This document shows positions 50,170-60,729 of a stretch of 64,000 nt of DNA, one piece after another. The position numbers and the translations under genes are program-made. The stretch covers positions 272 to 64,271 of the forward strand of contig CANSWR010000001.1 in assembly GCA_947650795.1 (NCBI GenBank), read 5' to 3'. Position 1 is the first letter of the stretch; each line of letters starts with the position of its first letter. This DNA is from an uncultured Bacillota bacterium. Its GTDB lineage: Bacteria > Bacillota_I > Bacilli_A > RF39 > UBA660. The notes under the pieces were generated by a model. That model made no database searches. It saw nothing but the letters and a program-made list of their open reading frames with translations, and was not told where the DNA came from.

Positions 50170-50447
50170 TCAACATCATCTCCAATCTTTGAGTAGGAAT
50201 ATTCCCTACATCTAAATAAATATCGAAACAATAAAGCTACTACTTTATACATTCGATTCTTTTTTGAAACCTTAACTGGTAACATTAAAAAGACACATAT
50301 TGTCAGATATACTAACGATTGTAGCTTTAAGTTAGTAAATGAAAATATAAGTAGAAAAGAAAACAACATAGGTAATCCTATGTATAAATCATTCATTTCA
50401 ACATATTTTCCTAATGTTTTTTTTATACTTGAAACCGTAATATACAT
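50136..50447 (-). CDS. Small integral membrane protein (TcpE/Orf17-like)
   Basis: 103 aa with two TM helices. Overlaps both neighbours. Confidence 0.4.
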   Translation of the reverse strand: MYITVSSIKKTLGKYVEMNDLYIGLPMLFSFLLIFSFTNLKLQSLVYLTICVFLMLPVKVSKKNRMYKVVALLFRYLFRCREYSYSKIGDDVDWKDKLKMKRF

Positions 50448-51853
50448 TATTCATCTCTCCCTCTATATCTTCTTCTATACATACTTCTTGTCGGTATTAC
50501 ACTGTTAACTGCATGAGCCATTGAGTTAGCACCTGCATTCATCATTCCAGATCCAAATCTAGAAAGTTTACTAGAAGTTGGTTTCCCATCTTTACCGATT
50601 GGATGATTTCTGACACAAGATGATGCTTGAAGATAATCTCCAACCATTTTAAGATTACTTCCTATTCCTCCACTTTCATAATTACCACCCATTTTAGATC
50701 CAAAAGATGATACAGCTTGTCCTACTTTTCCTAATGCTGAATTCCCAACACTACCAGCTTTTGATGTTCCTTTGGCAATTGCTCCAGCTCCCATTAATCC
50801 TGCTCCTACAGTTGCAAGACCACCTGTTGTTGCTACAGCACCCATACTATGTCCAAATCCCATCATAGCTATAAGCTGTTCTCTTCCAGAATTTGCTGAT
50901 ACATTTCCACCTATGAATCTATTTACAACTTGTGATCCAGTAAGTAGGAATGAGCCACATCCAATATACATAATAGATTTAATAATTATATCCTTAAATG
51001 AATTAGTAAAGAATGTTGTTTCATTTATTTGACCCATTACTATTGCTGTAAGAGAAATAATAAGCATTATTACTGCCCCTTGTAGCATCAGTGATACTAA
51101 TTGTTGTACTACTGCACTTCTTCTTTCTTTATTTCCTACTGATGTAGCAAAAATAATAGGACTAATCACAAATAAGAATAAAAACTCAATTTGCCTTCTA
51201 GCCAACATCATTCCACAAAAGAATAATGAATATAAGAAGAAGCCACCGACAATGACTGCTAAAATCCAATCAATTTCATATTTATAGTCTTTTTCATCTG
51301 GTAAGATCCATCTAGAAGAGGTTACATATTTATCGTTGTACATTTTCTTCCCGTTAAAATTACCATTAGATATATTTTTAGGAATATCTTCCTTTTTAAA
51401 TTCATCAGAATCTTTATAACCATCTGAATAATCAATAAACATAGTAAGCATAGAGTCAGATAATGTTACATTATTGCTTGTAAAAATATTAGAAGTAAAT
51501 CCTGCAAGTTTTATAGAAAAGGTCGATGCTTGAACAAATAAAAATGTACTCATAATAATAAGTACACCACACTTTGCTATTTCTTTTACTATACCTTCAG
51601 TGCTTAACCCTTCATCTGGATCAATAATCTTTTTTACAAATCGAGTTATTGCAAATAAGCCTAATAAAGTAACAGCTATGGCAATTACTCCAGTTTGAAA
51701 TTTACTAAAATTGTTATCTCCAGATACTGAATTAATAATATCAAAAGCATTTAATCCTTTTAAAATATCAAACAAAGAATCAATCAGTGAAAATATAAAG
51801 TGAACTAAACTCCAACCTAATGTTCTTAACAAATCTAATGCTTTTAATAACAT
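50447..51853 (-). CDS. VirB6/TcpH-like polytopic membrane protein with Gly/Ala-rich C-terminal tail
   Basis: At least six predicted TM helices. C-terminal GAVATTGGLATVGAGLMGAGAIAKG repeat region. Sits next to VirB4. Confidence 0.55.
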   Translation of the reverse strand: MLLKALDLLRTLGWSLVHFIFSLIDSLFDILKGLNAFDIINSVSGDNNFSKFQTGVIAIAVTLLGLFAITRFVKKIIDPDEGLSTEGIVKEIAKCGVLIIMSTFLFVQASTFSIKLAGFTSNIFTSNNVTLSDSMLTMFIDYSDGYKDSDEFKKEDIPKNISNGNFNGKKMYNDKYVTSSRWILPDEKDYKYEIDWILAVIVGGFFLYSLFFCGMMLARRQIEFLFLFVISPIIFATSVGNKERRSAVVQQLVSLMLQGAVIMLIISLTAIVMGQINETTFFTNSFKDIIIKSIMYIGCGSFLLTGSQVVNRFIGGNVSANSGREQLIAMMGFGHSMGAVATTGGLATVGAGLMGAGAIAKGTSKAGSVGNSALGKVGQAVSSFGSKMGGNYESGGIGSNLKMVGDYLQASSCVRNHPIGKDGKPTSSKLSRFGSGMMNAGANSMAHAVNSVIPTRSMYRRRYRGRDE

Positions 51854-51864
51854 TTAACCACCTC

Positions 51865-52143
51865 CTAGAACAAATCTATGATTAGATTGACTATTGAAAT
51901 TGCAAGAATAATACCAACAATACCAAACATAGTTTGAATTATTCTTTGTTTTACTCTAGGTTTTTGATCCACATCTACTACTGCATATAAAATAAAACCA
52001 ATAATTAATGATACACCTGCTGCTGCAATCCCAATTCTTAAAGCCCATGTAGAAAATGTTTGTATAGCCTTGATAATTGAATCAACATTATATCCGCCAC
52101 CTTCAAGATGTTCTATTTTTAATAAATTAACCAATTTATTCAT
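51865..52143 (-). CDS. Small two-TM membrane protein (pilin/VirB2- or TcpD-like)
   Basis: 92 aa with two hydrophobic helices. Confidence 0.35.
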   Translation of the reverse strand: MNKLVNLLKIEHLEGGGYNVDSIIKAIQTFSTWALRIGIAAAGVSLIIGFILYAVVDVDQKPRVKQRIIQTMFGIVGIILAISIVNLIIDLF

Positions 52144-52257
52144 TCTATCTCCTCCTTAAAAAAATAAATGAAAAAGAACAAAGAAGGTGTGTTAAAATAA
52201 CTATATGAGTTATTTGCTGACAGGCATTAACTCTTTTTCTTTGTTCTTTTCTCATAA

Positions 52258-52626
52258 TTACATATCTAAATCATCATCTGATTTTTCATTATCAGAATCT
52301 TTTTCTTTAGTTGTTGATAAAAAAGTTACTTTTTCAGCTACAATTTGAGTTGATTTTTTCTTTTCACCATCAGCATTTTCATAAATATTAGTTTCAACTT
52401 TGCCTTTTACTCCAACTAAATCACCTTTTTTACAGTATTCTGCTGTATTAGAAGCAACTCCACCCCAAAGGACACAATCTACAAAATCTGTTTCATATTC
52501 TCCTTCAGCATTCTTGTAGCTTCTTGGAACTGCTAAAGTAACAAAAGCTCTTTCTTTACCTGATTCTGTTTTTTCAACAGTAGGTTCTTGAACTAATCTT
52601 CCGACAATAACAACTTGATTCAACAT
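52258..52626 (-). CDS. ssb: Single-stranded DNA-binding protein
   Basis: OB-fold N-terminus MLNQVVIVGRLVQEPTV...AFVTLAV and an acidic C-terminal tail DDDLDM. Confidence 0.8.
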   Translation of the reverse strand: MLNQVVIVGRLVQEPTVEKTESGKERAFVTLAVPRSYKNAEGEYETDFVDCVLWGGVASNTAEYCKKGDLVGVKGKVETNIYENADGEKKKSTQIVAEKVTFLSTTKEKDSDNEKSDDDLDM

Positions 52627-52712
52627 TATTTCACCTCCTTGTCTTTTTGAATTTTAATATTTTATCTTTGTATATCTATAAAACCACCACCTTTCATGTG
52701 AAAAAATAAGGC

Positions 52713-52934
52713 TCATTTGCCTCTTTCATCTGCATCACATAGTCGCACAATTGAATCCTCTATTTTTTCCCATAAAGTATCTAGATAGTCATAACACTTT
52801 TGAAAATTTTTAAATTCTTTAGAATCTAAATATTCCTTGAATGAATCCATATCAGATAAAACTAATCCAATATGTTCTTGAAATTCACTCATTGCCTCGA
52901 CTTCTAACATTTTTAATTCTTCAAGTTTCTTCAC
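52713..52934 (-). CDS. Hypothetical small protein
   Basis: 73 aa, coupled to the upstream gene. Confidence 0.25.
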   Translation of the reverse strand: MKKLEELKMLEVEAMSEFQEHIGLVLSDMDSFKEYLDSKEFKNFQKCYDYLDTLWEKIEDSIVRLCDADERGK

Positions 52935-53707
52935 AAATCAATCTCCTCCATTTCATAATCATCTAACCAATCAAATTCATCATCAGAGTAAAGATCTTCT
53001 GAATAATTTTTAAATTTATTAATATTAGAAATTATTGAACTTTTAAAATAACCATATTTATTTTGAATTTCATTATCATTCTCATCAATAAAATTTCTTT
53101 CCTTTACTCTTTTGATAATATAATGTGTTATAGTTAATAAATCTTTATAAGTATTACCTTCATCAATAAGTTTTTCAAACAAATCATCAAATAAAAAAGA
53201 ACTAGAATCATCTTCATTAATATAATTAAGATTTATTAGCTCTTTAGTTAAAATATTGTGTTCAATTTTTGTTTTATCTATTTTATCTTTTTTATTATTG
53301 ATATTTATTTGTGTGCAGTTACCGGTGTTCCGATTATCGGTATGCCGATTATTGATATCTGGATAATTTCTTGTTTTTAGCCATTCTGGATAGGGTAAAT
53401 AATAAACCATATATTTATATTTAAAATATCCTTTTTCATCTCTATACTGCTTTATTTGAACATATTCTGCCTTTTTTAATTCATCTAAAGTTGTTCTAAT
53501 AGCATATTTACCTTCTTGTGATATTTTCTCAAGTCCACTTATGGAATAATCCCAATCTTTAGACATAGATAACATCATAGAAAGCAAACCTTTAGCTTTA
53601 AGTGATAGATTAGAATCTCTTAAATGATAGTTTGACATAACAGTATATCCAGTAATACCAAAAACCTCAAAATCTCTTGTACTATCATTCATATTACATT
53701 CCTCCAA
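52931..53707 (-). CDS. RepA_N-like/replisome-organiser-type winged-helix protein
   Basis: The N-terminal third (FGITGYTVMSNYHLRDSNLSLKAKGLLSMMLSM...ISGLEKISQEGKYAIRTTLDELKKAEYV) resembles Firmicute RepA_N / DnaD-like initiators. Confidence 0.4.
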   Translation of the reverse strand: MEECNMNDSTRDFEVFGITGYTVMSNYHLRDSNLSLKAKGLLSMMLSMSKDWDYSISGLEKISQEGKYAIRTTLDELKKAEYVQIKQYRDEKGYFKYKYMVYYLPYPEWLKTRNYPDINNRHTDNRNTGNCTQININNKKDKIDKTKIEHNILTKELINLNYINEDDSSSFLFDDLFEKLIDEGNTYKDLLTITHYIIKRVKERNFIDENDNEIQNKYGYFKSSIISNINKFKNYSEDLYSDDEFDWLDDYEMEEIDL

Positions 53708-53718
53708 AATAAAAAGAG

Positions 53719-54204
53719 CTATTGCTCTTCATAATCAACTTCTACATAATACTTTATATCTTCATAATCACGATGGCTACCATCAGATGGATGGATTATT
53801 TTATCTAATCTAAAATATATCTCTTGAATAATATCAGTGAGAACATCTTTATTAGACCAATAATTATATTCGTGCAATAACATAGCATACGAATATAAAT
53901 GCATATCATTATTCCAAACTTGTTTAATTAGTCTATTCTCATCAATGTATTCTAATGGTTTTAAATTATAATCATTTTTGGATACATCTAAAGTAGGCTC
54001 ATGATATGGTACTCCTTCTGAAAGACAAAATAACCAATCAATAAGCTCATTTACTTCTTTACTTGTACTATCAAATTCTTGCATAAGATAAGACATTCTA
54101 TTAATAAATATAATTCTTTTTTTATTTGTTTTATCTACTTTTCCTTTAGAATAATCAAAATACCTTTCCATAATCCACCTCTTACATTTAATTATATCAG
54201 TCAT
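53719..54204 (-). CDS. Hypothetical protein
   Basis: 161-aa ORF. Confidence 0.3.
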   Translation of the reverse strand: MTDIIKCKRWIMERYFDYSKGKVDKTNKKRIIFINRMSYLMQEFDSTSKEVNELIDWLFCLSEGVPYHEPTLDVSKNDYNLKPLEYIDENRLIKQVWNNDMHLYSYAMLLHEYNYWSNKDVLTDIIQEIYFRLDKIIHPSDGSHRDYEDIKYYVEVDYEEQ

Positions 54205-54233
54205 ATTGTATAAAGTTAACTTTGTGAAAAATA

Positions 54234-54554
54234 TTACCGTTTTATAATATCTTCAATTTTTAGTGGTGATTCACTCGTTATCTTCAACTCGTATGTTTCT
54301 TCTAATATTTTCTTTACTAATTCAAAATCACAGTCAGCATTTGTAAATTGTGATAAATCATCTATAGCTGTACTTACTTGATTAGAAAATGATTGTTGCC
54401 ACATTGCATTGCCTCTAAAATATACTGCTATATGAAAAGCAATATATTGATTAAAAAAATTATCTTTAACATAATTAGTTACCATTTCTTCACAAGGAGC
54501 AACAGCTCTGAAAAACTCCTCATCTGATACTTCATCCATATCCGTTCTAATCAT
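54234..54554 (-). CDS. Hypothetical protein
   Basis: 106-aa ORF. Confidence 0.3.
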   Translation of the reverse strand: MIRTDMDEVSDEEFFRAVAPCEEMVTNYVKDNFFNQYIAFHIAVYFRGNAMWQQSFSNQVSTAIDDLSQFTNADCDFELVKKILEETYELKITSESPLKIEDIIKR

Positions 54555-54617
54555 ATTGCACCTCCATGATTTTAATTATAAATAATATTATTTTAAAAGG
54601 AAAAGGTGCTACAAACT

Positions 54618-55238
54618 TTAAGACTCTAATTCACAAATTATCACTATTTGCTTTTTAGTATTGTGCCTGCAAGTAATTAATGTAAGTGTGCTTTTGTTTT
54701 TATCTCTAATTATTTCTGCTTTACCAGTTTTCTCTATATCATAGATATCAGTTACTTTATATGAATATACTTTATTATTATAATTAATATAAACCATATC
54801 TTCTAAAGTTAACTTATCTAGGTTTCTAAAATAAGATATTCTTGCACTACCAGAATGTCCAGCCAAAATGACATTTCCATTTTTTTGATCAGGCATCGAA
54901 GATCCTTTTACGATTTCTACATTGTAATTAACATTGTTTAAATAACTATTTGGATTTACTAGACCTCTTTCTAAATTAATTTTAGGGATTTTAAGTACAG
55001 CAATATATTCTATTTTTGTTTGCTCTTTCACTTCTTCTTTTTCTTGAGTATCTTCAGTAAATTCCTCAATATTTATCACTGTTTCATTTTTGTAAAAATC
55101 ATTTAAAGCATTATCCTCTATATCTTTAATGTTTTTATTAGATAAATAATCGTAACTAATTAAAGAAACTCCTATTAAAAATAGGAAAGAGCCGATTACT
55201 ATAAACCAGCTCTTATTTTTTGTTTTTCTTTTTTCCAT
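54618..55238 (-). CDS. Sortase (class B/C-like transpeptidase)
   Basis: N-terminal TM. Catalytic His in ILAGHSG and TLXTC motif LTLITCRHN. Confidence 0.75.
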   Translation of the reverse strand: MEKRKTKNKSWFIVIGSFLFLIGVSLISYDYLSNKNIKDIEDNALNDFYKNETVINIEEFTEDTQEKEEVKEQTKIEYIAVLKIPKINLERGLVNPNSYLNNVNYNVEIVKGSSMPDQKNGNVILAGHSGSARISYFRNLDKLTLEDMVYINYNNKVYSYKVTDIYDIEKTGKAEIIRDKNKSTLTLITCRHNTKKQIVIICELES

Positions 55239-57927
55239 ATACGATAATACCTGTTCCTAAAACAATCAAACCAATTCCACTAATTAAAAGTTTTTTATAA
55301 TCAGATGCATCAGTATTTGGTACTTCTACAATTTGATGGTCTTTCATAACAGATTTAACTATTTCTCCATCTTCTTTAATTTCAAAATACATTTTTTCTG
55401 GATTTATTTCATATCCCTTTGGTGCTTCCTTTTCTAAAATATAATATTTACCATACTTTAGTTCTTTAATAATAATCTTTCCGTTTTCATCAGTTCTTCC
55501 ACTAAATACAAGTTCATCATTTTCATTATAGATTTCTATTAGTGTATTTGGTAAAGGATTATCATTTGAAAAATCTAATTTTGAAAATTCTAATGTTCCA
55601 GTAATGTCCTCATCTTTCATAGTTGATTTAACTATTTCACCATTTTCTTTAATTTCAAAGTACATTTTTTCTTCATTAATTTTATATCCCTCTGGTGCTT
55701 CCTTTTCTAAAATATAATATTTTCCTACAGGTAATTCATCAATAACTATTTTTCCTTCTTTATCTGTTCTACCAAAGAATATTAGCTCATCAGCTTCAGT
55801 ATAAATCTCAATTAGAGTGTTAGGTAAAGCCTTTGATTCTGATAAATCAATTTTAGTAAATTCTAATTTACCTTTCTTTAAATAATTAATTTTACTTAAT
55901 GTTTCATATACTATTGGAGTTCTATTATCTTTTTCAGTTAATTTAAACTCATGTCTAGTTGTATCTAATACATAATTATCTTTAGTTTTAACTTCAATCA
56001 TATAGTAAGATCCTAAAGGTAATTTTTTACTTATAGCATAACCATCTTTATTTGTAGTAATAGTATCTACTAATTGATCTTTTTTATAATATAAGGTATT
56101 GCCATCAGATGATAATATATCTTCTTTAGCATAGATATTAAATGTTACTTTATCTAAAGGAATAAATTCATATTCAATTGTATTATCTACAATAACTACC
56201 TTCTCACCTTTTTTATTAACTTCAATTTGTCCTTTTATTGGAGTATCTTTAAATGTTACCTCAACAATTGCTCCATAAGTAGTATAAGTATAATGAGTAT
56301 CATTGCCTAAAGTAAATTCTACTCCATCAGCATTTATTAGATATCCTTTTGGTGATGTAATTTCTACAATTTTATAATGTCCTGCTTCTAATTTTAAGAA
56401 AGTCATAGATTTACCTGTTTCATCAGTTACAAATTTATCATATACTTTTCCACCTACATATTGAGATACATATTGATTAGTATCTGTATTTAATATTCTA
56501 AATGTGGTATTAGGTAATGCAATAGATTTACCTGTCTCAGCATCTATCTTTTTTATTTGAACATAAGCAGATAATTTATTATTAAGAATATTATAATAAT
56601 GCTCTTTTGGACTATCATAATTTACTGTTATATAGAAATCGTGAATTTTTTCAAATCCAGCAGTTGTATTTACTTGATGAAATTTCCAAGTACCATACAC
56701 TAAATCAAAAGAAGCATAGCCACTTTTATCAGTAGTAACAGTTTTTAATACTCTCCCATCTGGATAAGATATTTCAAATTTGATTCCTTGTTCAGCATTT
56801 AAGAAAGTAGTATTTCCATCTACATACTCATATTGTTTTAAGATGCTTATATGATTTTCAACTACATCTTCAGTAACATTCTTTGAAACTTCTGCTCTAC
56901 CTTTAATATCAAAATTATATTTAGTTGTATCTAAATAATAACCTTCTGATGGACTTATCTCTTGTAAGTAATAAGATCCATAACTCAATACATTGTCACT
57001 TTTAGCATAGCCATTTTCATCAGTAGTAATTCTAGTTACTTCAGTACCATCAGTTCTATATACACCATATACAGCTCCCTTTAAAGTTGCTTGTCCTTGT
57101 GCTTTTTCAGTAATACTATCTGCTTTTACCATATCTACACTTCCTAAATAAGCCTTTACTTTAAAACTTGCTACAACTGGATCCACAGTACCTGGTACAA
57201 TCATATTTTGAATTTCATTTCCAGAATAAATTTTATATTCACTATCGTATGGCATTATTTTAGTAAGTCTAACATTTATATCACCATTTACTGTTGGAGT
57301 AATATTTAATTTATTACCTTCTACAGAATAATTTGCTCCTGTAACTGAAACATTATAATTACTTAATACATTATTTGTATCAGTAAGAGTAAATGTTTCT
57401 CCAACTTGATATGTATAATTTCCACCATTAAATGATGGCTTAACATAATGATTAGCAATTAATCTTTCTATCTCACTTTCTTCATTAGAAACATCAAATC
57501 TAGTTCCAGCTCCCCATCTTTCTGTAGAAAAATCTGTATGACCATTATGTCCTACAATTGTACTCCATAAAAGGCCTTGTGTAGCTGCTCTATATTTTAA
57601 TGTATTATGTCCTGGATATGTATAACCATAATATGCTAGTAAAAGAACCCTTTCTTTAATATCATTAGGTAGCCCTGTAGCTTCATAACTTGTTTGAGGA
57701 TAAGTTGTACCTTCAGGAACATTTGGCTCAATACAGTATGCTACTTTTCCATCCATAGTATACAATTGCCAGTACCATGAAGCATTATTACCAACATCAT
57801 TAAATCTATTATAATAATATCCAGATTTTTCTTTTACTAAAGTTGCAGCATGTACATTAGTTGTAGTAAATCCACAAGCTAACAATAATGCCACAGCAAA
57901 TAAAATTCTCTTAATGTTTTTTTGCAT
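55213..57927 (-). CDS. Cell-wall-anchored surface adhesin with tandem CnaB/SpaA-type isopeptide domains
   Basis: Signal peptide. Two ~95-aa near-identical repeats (GKLEFTKIDLSESKALPNTLIEIY... / GTLEFSKLDFSNDNPLPNTLIEIY...). C-terminal sorting signal EVPNTD followed by a hydrophobic stretch and KKKNKK. Confidence 0.7.
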   Translation of the reverse strand: MQKNIKRILFAVALLLACGFTTTNVHAATLVKEKSGYYYNRFNDVGNNASWYWQLYTMDGKVAYCIEPNVPEGTTYPQTSYEATGLPNDIKERVLLLAYYGYTYPGHNTLKYRAATQGLLWSTIVGHNGHTDFSTERWGAGTRFDVSNEESEIERLIANHYVKPSFNGGNYTYQVGETFTLTDTNNVLSNYNVSVTGANYSVEGNKLNITPTVNGDINVRLTKIMPYDSEYKIYSGNEIQNMIVPGTVDPVVASFKVKAYLGSVDMVKADSITEKAQGQATLKGAVYGVYRTDGTEVTRITTDENGYAKSDNVLSYGSYYLQEISPSEGYYLDTTKYNFDIKGRAEVSKNVTEDVVENHISILKQYEYVDGNTTFLNAEQGIKFEISYPDGRVLKTVTTDKSGYASFDLVYGTWKFHQVNTTAGFEKIHDFYITVNYDSPKEHYYNILNNKLSAYVQIKKIDAETGKSIALPNTTFRILNTDTNQYVSQYVGGKVYDKFVTDETGKSMTFLKLEAGHYKIVEITSPKGYLINADGVEFTLGNDTHYTYTTYGAIVEVTFKDTPIKGQIEVNKKGEKVVIVDNTIEYEFIPLDKVTFNIYAKEDILSSDGNTLYYKKDQLVDTITTNKDGYAISKKLPLGSYYMIEVKTKDNYVLDTTRHEFKLTEKDNRTPIVYETLSKINYLKKGKLEFTKIDLSESKALPNTLIEIYTEADELIFFGRTDKEGKIVIDELPVGKYYILEKEAPEGYKINEEKMYFEIKENGEIVKSTMKDEDITGTLEFSKLDFSNDNPLPNTLIEIYNENDELVFSGRTDENGKIIIKELKYGKYYILEKEAPKGYEINPEKMYFEIKEDGEIVKSVMKDHQIVEVPNTDASDYKKLLISGIGLIVLGTGIIVYGKKKNKK
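55330..55880. repeat. Tandem ~270-bp intragenic repeat (two copies) encoding the CnaB-type domains of the adhesin
   Basis: DNA segments beginning TTCAAAATACATTTTTTCTGGATTTATTTCATATCCCTTTGGTGCTTCCTTTTCTAAAATATAATATTT and TTCAAAGTACATTTTTTCTTCATTAATTTTATATCCCTCTGGTGCTTCCTTTTCTAAAATATAATATTTT are ~90% identical. Confidence 0.5.
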
Positions 57928-57980
57928 TTTTTCCTCCTATATTAATTCATAAAAAAAACACCATTTAAGGTGCTAAAAAA

Positions 57981-58634
57981 CTATTTATATTTTTTTAAAT
58001 CAATTTGTGTTTTATATCTATTGCAATTATCTGAATTACAAAAAATATTTAAATAATACCCTAGAACCTTTCCAGTTGTTGAAGTTACTTCATAGCATCT
58101 ATAGTAATTGATATCTACTGTATTTAAAAATGCTATTTCTTCTCCAGCTGATAAGCACTTATCTTGGGATGATGTATCTATATTCCCATTATGAATTGAA
58201 TAAAAGAAACTATTAGTATCTACTATATCATCTCTTACTTCTTCAACCACAATTTTAGGTTGTTCTGTTATTTTAATTTCCTGGTTACTTGTTTTCTTAT
58301 CTTCAACTACTTTGGGAACTTCTATGACATTAGTGTTACTAACATTATCATTCTCCATATTGTTTTTATTAGGAACATTATCATTAGAATCATTATTCTG
58401 AATAATGACATGATCACCCTTAGTATCTTCAATAATATTTTCTTTATTAAGCTCATTTGATTCAACTTCTTTCTTTTCTTCTTTTTCTTTACCAATATCT
58501 ACGATCTCAATATTATCCTTCTCTGATTCTATTGAACCTGATTTAAAATAATGGGTTGTAAATAGAAAAGATATTATAAAGAATATTCCGAAAGTAAAAA
58601 ACAGTTTTTTCATACATTTCACCTCATAAAACAT
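57981..58634 (-). CDS. Membrane-anchored N/D-rich hypothetical protein
   Basis: N-terminal TM, then a low-complexity N/D/E-rich region. Confidence 0.35.
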   Translation of the reverse strand: MFYEVKCMKKLFFTFGIFFIISFLFTTHYFKSGSIESEKDNIEIVDIGKEKEEKKEVESNELNKENIIEDTKGDHVIIQNNDSNDNVPNKNNMENDNVSNTNVIEVPKVVEDKKTSNQEIKITEQPKIVVEEVRDDIVDTNSFFYSIHNGNIDTSSQDKCLSAGEEIAFLNTVDINYYRCYEVTSTTGKVLGYYLNIFCNSDNCNRYKTQIDLKKYK

Positions 58635-58666
58635 TATATATTGAAGTTATAAGTAATTCTAAGGTG

Positions 58667-59599
58667 CTACATATCTAAATCATAGGCATCACCCCTTTCA
58701 AGTTTTTTATCTTTAGAATAATTAATTAAAGCATTTATAATGTACTGTTCTATATACCTTTTATCCTTTTTTAACAATTCAGAAGGAAGTACATCTTCTA
58801 TTCTTTTCTTATTAAATGAAATTTGTTCTTTTTGATTTCCTTTTTCTTCACTTAATATTTCATCTAAAACTTCTTCACTTAATTTATTTTGTTCTTCTAA
58901 CTTTCTAATTTCAATAGCTTGGGCATGAGAAGGAGTTGCTTGATTGTAATCAATAGCATCTGCTACTAACTGTTGATTAGTTGTTGATAAAAAAGATAAT
59001 TCTACAGCTGGTTTTATTCCTATTGTTAATGGTTCATTTCTATTAAGAACAGTTTTATCTACATACTCTAATAACTCTGGAATCAAATAAGTAAGTCTAA
59101 TATATCTTTTTATATTCGTAGCACTTTCTCCAAATTCTAAGCCTATTTTTCCCACAGTATTTAACTTTAGCTCCTGAGGGTCCAAAGTATCAATTTTTTT
59201 ACCTTGATGTTTCATTGCCTCTAATTTCATCTTGTAAGCAAATGCTTTTTCACTTGGTAAAACTAATTCTCTTTGCAAATTAGAATCTACCATTTCAATA
59301 ATAGCTTGATCATTAGTCAACTCCTTAACTACAGCAGGTATTGTTTTCTCATTATTTTGCTTCATAGCTAACAATCGTCTATGCCCAGAAATCATTTCAT
59401 ATCTACCATCTTCTTTTTTTCTTAAAACTACTGGATTTAATAATCCATTATTTTTAATACTTTGCCTTAATTCAAAAAAACTTAAATCCTCATTTACTTT
59501 AAATGGATGATTTTTAAAACTATCTATTAAAGATATATCTATATCTTTTATTTGATTTTGACCCTTTTCCATAAGTTTCTCCTTCCTATTTTTGTCCAC
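58667..59599 (-). CDS. ParB/Srx-like nuclease-domain protein
   Basis: ParB N-terminal domain motif MISGHRRLLAMKQ. Confidence 0.65.
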   Translation of the reverse strand: MDKNRKEKLMEKGQNQIKDIDISLIDSFKNHPFKVNEDLSFFELRQSIKNNGLLNPVVLRKKEDGRYEMISGHRRLLAMKQNNEKTIPAVVKELTNDQAIIEMVDSNLQRELVLPSEKAFAYKMKLEAMKHQGKKIDTLDPQELKLNTVGKIGLEFGESATNIKRYIRLTYLIPELLEYVDKTVLNRNEPLTIGIKPAVELSFLSTTNQQLVADAIDYNQATPSHAQAIEIRKLEEQNKLSEEVLDEILSEEKGNQKEQISFNKKRIEDVLPSELLKKDKRYIEQYIINALINYSKDKKLERGDAYDLDM

Positions 59600-59630
59600 A
59601 AAAAAACACCAATTAAGGTGCTAACATTTT

Positions 59631-60182
59631 TTATTTTGTTCCAATTTGTCTTTTTATAGCATTATATCTATTGTGCCACCATGTTGCATTATCATTTGCC
59701 TCATCTATTTCTGCTTGTAAATTTAAAATATAATCTAAAAATTCATAGCATTCACTATGCTCTAAATAAAAATCACAATCTTCCTTAACACTTCTTTTTA
59801 ATTCTTCTAAAATCTCTAATTGCCTCTTTGCATATAAGTCAATTTCATCAATATCAGATTCTGTTGTTCTTTCATTCTCATACAATTCATAATAATTAAA
59901 TTTACATTTTTTCCAAATACTTTCAATTTCATATTCTATTTCATCTAAATCCATACATTCTATTGCATATATTTTAGTTTTAACCCAAAATTTATCTTTT
60001 TGTGTTACTAAAATAAATTCATAATTATAACTATCATTTAATTCATATTCATATACATCAATATAATATTTGACTCCATTATTATCTTTGATTTTCTTTT
60101 GAAAAAATCTATTTGCATATTGTTCTGTTTTTGGAACATCTGATTCCTTATATCCCGCATTTATCAATACTTTATCTGTCAT
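59631..60182 (-). CDS. Hypothetical protein
   Basis: 183-aa ORF. Confidence 0.3.
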   Translation of the reverse strand: MTDKVLINAGYKESDVPKTEQYANRFFQKKIKDNNGVKYYIDVYEYELNDSYNYEFILVTQKDKFWVKTKIYAIECMDLDEIEYEIESIWKKCKFNYYELYENERTTESDIDEIDLYAKRQLEILEELKRSVKEDCDFYLEHSECYEFLDYILNLQAEIDEANDNATWWHNRYNAIKRQIGTK

Positions 60183-60200
60183 AAAGATCTTCCTCCTAAA

Positions 60201-60677
60201 TTATTTATTGTTTTCATAAACAATGTCTGAAAATTCAAAAATTCTTTTACAACTATGACAAGCTATTGCAGTTATATCACATCCAATTATTGATTCTCCA
60301 TTTCCTTTTACTAGGGATATACTAAGTGACTTACAAATTGGACATTTTATACTATTTTGAGATAGCACATCACTTTGCTTTAAATTACTTTTTATGATTT
60401 CAAAGTCTTCCATTGTAATTTTAGCTAATTTTCTTATATAAGATAATTCAATATAATCATTAGGATTTCCAGTTCTTTTCATATATTCAGTTCCACCATC
60501 TACAGCTACCGATTTACAACTACAATATTTTAAATCATTAACATCAGTGGATTCTATAATATCCCCACATTTTTTACATTTAATTTTATTAGGTTTAATT
60601 TTATATACCATTTCCTGCATAATTTCTCTCCCCACATTCATTATACATAATTTATAAATTACTTTAAAAAGGTGCAA
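60201..60677 (-). CDS. Cys-rich zinc-ribbon protein (first gene inside the ICE right end)
   Basis: CKKCGD...CSC, CPICK...CHSC pairs. The likely start is an internal Met (MQEMVYKIKPN). Confidence 0.35.
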   Translation of the reverse strand: MHLFKVIYKLCIMNVGREIMQEMVYKIKPNKIKCKKCGDIIESTDVNDLKYCSCKSVAVDGGTEYMKRTGNPNDYIELSYIRKLAKITMEDFEIIKSNLKQSDVLSQNSIKCPICKSLSISLVKGNGESIIGCDITAIACHSCKRIFEFSDIVYENNK

Positions 60678-60729
60678 AATAAAAACTAGCTACATTAAAT
60701 ATAACTAGTATATCCTAATATTGGTCAAA

